A stretch of 10,904 nucleotides of DNA from an uncultured Deinococcales bacterium (GTDB taxonomy: Bacteria > Deinococcota > Deinococci > Deinococcales > JAAFIG01): positions 1 through 10,904 of the forward strand of contig CAXTKV010000069.1 in the NCBI GenBank assembly GCA_964244895.1. Direction: 5' to 3'. Positions 7,555 through 10,904 of the stretch are shown in pieces. A program made the position numbers and the translations under genes. A model generated the notes under the pieces. It had not been told where the DNA came from. It saw only the letters and a program-made list of their open reading frames with translations, and ran no database searches. Positions within the stretch are counted from its first letter, which is position 1. Every line of letters begins with the position of its first letter.

Positions 7555-7600
7555 AACACCGTCCAGCACGCTATTCTTAAAACGCGTGCCCGACGGTGTC
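7555..7600. repeat. 46-bp palindromic REP-like element, copy 4
   Basis: AACACCGTCCAGCACGC-tattcttaaaac-GCGTGCCCGACGGTGTc between convergent stops (7547 and 7612); preceded by CTCGCA; loop orientation reversed relative to copies 2 and 3. Confidence 0.9.
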
Positions 7601-7611
7601 CCGGTGAGCGC

Positions 7612-7794
7612 TCAGTCGTCGGCGGGCATCTGCGCGTCAGGACTCGAGTACGCCCAGACATCCCAGCCCGCCAGCCTGGACGGCGTGCATTCCACACCCA
7701 CGCCGCGCTCGGCCAGTTTCTGACTGAGCCGCCTGGCCTGCGCGTTCGAGAGCCCAGAGTCGATCAGGAAACGCGGGCGTTCGGGGTTGGTCAT
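7612..7794 (-). CDS. Small hypothetical protein, 60 aa
   Basis: MTNPERPRFLIDSGLSNAQARRLSQKLAERGVGVECTPSRLAGWDVWAYSSPDAQMPADD; ATG 7794 lies 6 nt after minus-strand TACCCT (7806-7801), the same leaderless geometry as three other genes here. Confidence 0.6.
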   Translation of the reverse strand: MTNPERPRFLIDSGLSNAQARRLSQKLAERGVGVECTPSRLAGWDVWAYSSPDAQMPADD

Positions 7795-8215
7795 GAACAA
7801 AGGGTACGGATTGAAGATTAAAACAAATGAAAAACGGATCGGTTTCGTGCAAGGCGCGAAAGTCCTTCAACCCAGGCTCGAGAAAAACCGATCGGGGCTT
7901 CGAGTGAGCCGATGAAACGGGACGGCTCGGCACGGAAGCCACCCGGATTTCTAATACGGATTTCTAAAAGGATCGTTCAGACCTGAATCCGAACTCCGAA
8001 TCTGGCACCTGAAAGTCCTTCCGGGTCGAACCCTCGTTAAATCCTCGAGAAACCCCGCCCTGGGCGGCACAATCCGCGAGAGGCTCGAGCGGCGAGATGG
8101 AAAGGCCGCACCGCCAGAAAACCCAACCCGATCTCATAAGACGATCAAACAGCGTGCTAGAATCTCGCGCGATGCAACGAGGCGCAAGCTGTCTGGAGGG
8201 CTTTGGCGGGTCGTG

Positions 8216-8252
8216 AAAACCCCCGACGGGCGCTCGAGTGCGCCGCCCGTCG
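8216..8252 (-). terminator. Probable intrinsic terminator downstream of tRNA-Arg
   Basis: 9-bp stem CGACGGGCG (8224-8232)/CGCCCGTCG (8244-8252), followed on the minus strand by GGGG-TTTT. Confidence 0.5.
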
Positions 8253-8267
8253 AAGGTGAGAGCTTGC

Positions 8268-8344
8268 TGGTGCGCCCGACAGGATTCGAACCTGTGACCT
8301 TTAGCTCCGGAGGCCAACGCTCTATCCAACTGAGCTACGAGCGC
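8268..8344 (-). tRNA. tRNA-Arg (anticodon CCG), 77 nt, CCA encoded
   Basis: Reverse complement GCGCTCG-TAGCTCAGTTGGATAGAGC-G-TTGGC-CT-CCG-GA-GCTAA-AGGTC-ACAGG-TTCGAAT-CCTGT-CGGGCGC-ACCA forms a full cloverleaf. Confidence 0.98.
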
Positions 8345-8353
8345 GCGCCAACG

Positions 8354-8382
8354 ACGCTAGCACCGCACGCAAATCAAGTCAA
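8354..8382 (-). promoter_or_regulatory. Sigma70-type promoter of tRNA-Arg
   Basis: Minus strand TTGACT (8382-8377), 17 nt, TAGCGT (8359-8354), with a TG extension. Confidence 0.7.
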
Positions 8383-8427
8383 GTTCAGCACAAAGAAGTG
8401 GGAACCCGTCCCGTAGGAGGACCTCAA

Positions 8428-10797
8428 GTGAGAGATACGCCAGGTAAACCCCGTTCAATCCCGGTTCGTGAAGAACCGGTTTCTCGTCGCACCATCATCT
8501 CGAGGGTCGTGCTCGGTGTGGTGGCCGTCGCCCTCCTGGCGGGCATGGTCGTGCAGTTCACGCCGAACATCGGCAACAGCTCCAGCCCGCAAGCCTCCGA
8601 GGGCGCGACCCTGATGCTGGTCAACGGTCAGCCCGTCAGTGAGCGCGAGATCGACCGTCTGAAAAAAGGCAGCCAGATTTTCAACATGGGTCTGGACGGC
8701 GTGGCCGCCCAGGATCTGGATAATTTGCTGGTCGATCAGGCCGTGCTGATCACCTCGGCGCGGCAGGACGCGGCGCGCGTGAATGTCTCCAACGGCGACG
8801 TCCGCAAGTTCATCGCCGACCTGCGCCAGCAGCAGGGACTGGCGACCGACGCGGATTACCTGGCGCGCATTCAGGGCTTCGGGTACACCGACGCCGGTTT
8901 CCGCGAGGCCGTGCGCCAGCAGTTGCAGTTGAACAAACGCATCAAGGAAATCACGGATGGCGTCACGGTCACCGATGCCGAGTTGAAATTCCATCTCGAA
9001 CAGAACCCGCAGAACTACAAGAACGAAGCCAGGATTCTGGCGCGACAGATCGTGGTCAGCGACAAGAAAGCCGCCGATGACGCCAAAGCCCGTCTGGACA
9101 AGGGCGAGGATTTCGGCGCGGTCGCCAAGGCCGTATCCAAGGAACTGGCGGATCAGAACGGCGCGTTGGGAGCGAAAAAAGGCGAGAGCCTGCCGCAACC
9201 AATCACCAAGATCGCGCTGCCATCCAAAATTGCCGATGAAGCCTTCAAGCTCGCCTCCGGCGCGACCAGCGGGATTCTCGAGGACAGCGGTAAGTTCTAC
9301 ATCATCAAAGTCGAAAAGGCCCTGCCCAGCGGCCCGCAGACCTTCGACGAGGCCAAAGCCAAACTGACCGAGGATGTCAAGGCCGCCAAGTCCAACCAGG
9401 CCATCGAGAACTGGGTCAAAGACATTCAGGCCAAAGCCAAAGTCGAATTCCCGAAGGGCTCCACGCTGTCGTTGTACAACCCGGTCGTCGCCAAGGTCGG
9501 GGACAACGAGATCAAACTTTCCGAACTGAACCGCAACGTCTACTTCAACCCGCAGATCGGGCAGTTCCTGCAGCAGGGCGGCGGACAGGGCGGCACGCTG
9601 ATCCAGCAGTTCTTCAAGCCGCAAGCGCTGGAAAACCTGATCAACCAGGCGGTCGCGGTTAACGCCGCCAAAGTCACGGGCAAGCCTTTCGTCGGTGCAG
9701 CAGCGGACATCGTGACGCAGATGCAGCAGTACCAGACTCGCGATGTCAAGGTCACGGACGCGGAGATAGAAAAGTACTACAAGGACAACGTCGCGCAGTA
9801 CACGACACCCGCCAGCGCGACCCTGAGCGATGCGACCTTCAGCACGCTGGCCGATGCCAAAGCCTTCCGCTCGAGCTTCGCGGCGACCGACGGCAAAAGC
9901 TTCGTCAGCGCGGTCGCCAAAGCCAAAGGCACCGCCAACGAAACCGGCAGCGTCACGCCAGAAACGATAGACCCAGCCTACAAGACCGCCGTGTTCGAGG
10001 CCAAAGCGCTCACCAAAGTCGGCGATACACAGATCTCCGAGGTGATCGAAAAGGGCAAGGACAAGGACTTGAAATTCCACGTCCTGTCGGTCACCAACCT
10101 GGTGGACAAAACCGTCAAGAGCTTCGAGGAATCCAAGGCCGACGCGACCGACAAGGCGCTGGCCATCAAGCGCTCCAGCGAAGGCCAGAAATGGCTGGCG
10201 GAAACCCGCAAGGGCGCGAAAGTCGTCAACAACGTTCAGGCCGTCAACGCGGAACTGGCGGCGCGCGCCGCCAAAGCCGACGCGGGCCGGTTCACCGTGA
10301 ACTCGCCCAGCGATGGCGCGCAACTCGACGCGCAGGATTTCATCATCTCCGGTTCCGGCAAGGCCGGTCAGGAACTCGAGATCGTGCAGAACACCAAATC
10401 GCTGGGTAAGGTCACGGTCGGCGCGGATGGGCAGTGGAGCTACTTCGTGTCCAAACCCGCCGCTGGCGATTACGCCTTCGAGGTTCGCCCGACCGCCGAC
10501 GCGACCCTCGGCAAGAAGTTCAGCGTCAACGTCGCTGCGGGTCGCGCGGACGCTATCAACGCCAAGTGCCCGTGCGTGCTGCGCATCGAAACCAAAGCAC
10601 CGAGCGCCACGATCCGCCTTCTGCAGGCGGGCAAGGAAATCTCCTCCGCGCCCGGCCCGGTTCATTTGTTCCGCGATCTTCAGGCGGGCAAGTACGTCGT
10701 CAAGGTCGAAGCGGCGGGTTACAAGACCTTCGAGAGCGCCGCCGACAAGTTCAGCGCGCCCGCCAACAAGAACATCATCGTTTCGCTGGACAAGTAA
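8428..10797 (+). CDS. Membrane-anchored SurA/PrsA/PpiD-like foldase (parvulin-type peptidylprolyl isomerase) with a C-terminal Ig-like extension
   Basis: GTG 8428 follows AGGAGG (8415-8420); N-terminal TM segment; SurA_N-like helical regions; rotamase motif ARQIVV...LDKGEDFGAVAK...GALG; second degenerate repeat of this architecture; strong codon bias. Confidence 0.88.
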   Translation: MRDTPGKPRSIPVREEPVSRRTIISRVVLGVVAVALLAGMVVQFTPNIGNSSSPQASEGATLMLVNGQPVSEREIDRLKKGSQIFNMGLDGVAAQDLDNLLVDQAVLITSARQDAARVNVSNGDVRKFIADLRQQQGLATDADYLARIQGFGYTDAGFREAVRQQLQLNKRIKEITDGVTVTDAELKFHLEQNPQNYKNEARILARQIVVSDKKAADDAKARLDKGEDFGAVAKAVSKELADQNGALGAKKGESLPQPITKIALPSKIADEAFKLASGATSGILEDSGKFYIIKVEKALPSGPQTFDEAKAKLTEDVKAAKSNQAIENWVKDIQAKAKVEFPKGSTLSLYNPVVAKVGDNEIKLSELNRNVYFNPQIGQFLQQGGGQGGTLIQQFFKPQALENLINQAVAVNAAKVTGKPFVGAAADIVTQMQQYQTRDVKVTDAEIEKYYKDNVAQYTTPASATLSDATFSTLADAKAFRSSFAATDGKSFVSAVAKAKGTANETGSVTPETIDPAYKTAVFEAKALTKVGDTQISEVIEKGKDKDLKFHVLSVTNLVDKTVKSFEESKADATDKALAIKRSSEGQKWLAETRKGAKVVNNVQAVNAELAARAAKADAGRFTVNSPSDGAQLDAQDFIISGSGKAGQELEIVQNTKSLGKVTVGADGQWSYFVSKPAAGDYAFEVRPTADATLGKKFSVNVAAGRADAINAKCPCVLRIETKAPSATIRLLQAGKEISSAPGPVHLFRDLQAGKYVVKVEAAGYKTFESAADKFSAPANKNIIVSLDK

Positions 10798-10810
10798 GTT
10801 GAAACGCGGG

Positions 10811-10845
10811 CTCGAGGATCGGCACAAAGCTGATCCTCGAGTTTT
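10811..10845 (+). terminator. Intrinsic terminator of the foldase gene
   Basis: CTCGAGGATCGGC-acaaa-GCTGATCCTCGAG-TTTT, a 13-bp stem with one G-U pair. Confidence 0.75.
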
Positions 10846-10854
10846 CCATTGAAG

Positions 10855-10900
10855 AACACCGTCTGGGACGTGGTTTCATGTTTGTGTCCAGCACGGTATT
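10855..10900. repeat. 46-bp palindromic REP-like element, copy 5 (diverged)
   Basis: AACACCGTCTGGGACG-tggtttcatgtttg-TGTCCAGCACGGTATT; same length and similar termini as the other copies. Confidence 0.75.
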
Positions 10901-10904
10901 CTTG

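Noticed and set aside
5165..7697. Alternative-frame and antisense ORFs inside the subtilase and other genes
   Set aside because: Expected stop-poor frames in high-GC DNA, with no protein motifs.
7964..8416. ORFs 7964-8329 (-) and 8213-8416 (+), and a tRNA-anchored genomic island
   Set aside because: The ORFs overlap the tRNA. No integrase or duplicated tRNA 3' end (att site) is visible in the window.
8455..10827. 790-aa antisense ORF
   Set aside because: Codon-aligned shadow of the strongly biased foldase gene, with no recognisable motifs.
118..10900. 46-bp repeats as a CRISPR array
   Set aside because: Copies are 1.6-3.4 kb apart and separated by whole genes, with no regular spacers and no cas genes.

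Overview
GC-rich bacterial chromosomal window, most likely Deinococcota (inferred from protein style and repeated -10-box/6-nt/start-codon leaderless promoters). Gene order: 3' end of metK (+); standalone dsRNA-binding-domain protein (+); class I SAM methyltransferase (+); Cys-rich CWC protein (-); GbsR/MarR regulator-ABC ATPase-ABC permease operon (-); rnhB (-); large lipoprotein subtilase S8 (+); 60-aa hypothetical (-); tRNA-Arg(CCG) (-); SurA/PrsA-like foldase with an extra Ig-like C-terminus (+). The genes are mostly ordinary, but the non-coding layer is not. (1) CTCGAG occurs about 52 times by manual count against roughly 4 expected, resembling a highly iterated palindrome. (2) Five dispersed copies of a 46-bp palindromic REP/MITE-like element sit at gene 3' ends, three directly preceded by CTCGAG and one supplying the rnhB stop codon. 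(3) A long dsRNA hairpin lies in the predicted 5' UTR of the standalone dsRBD gene, suggesting autoregulation. No CRISPR array, transposase or integrase was seen.
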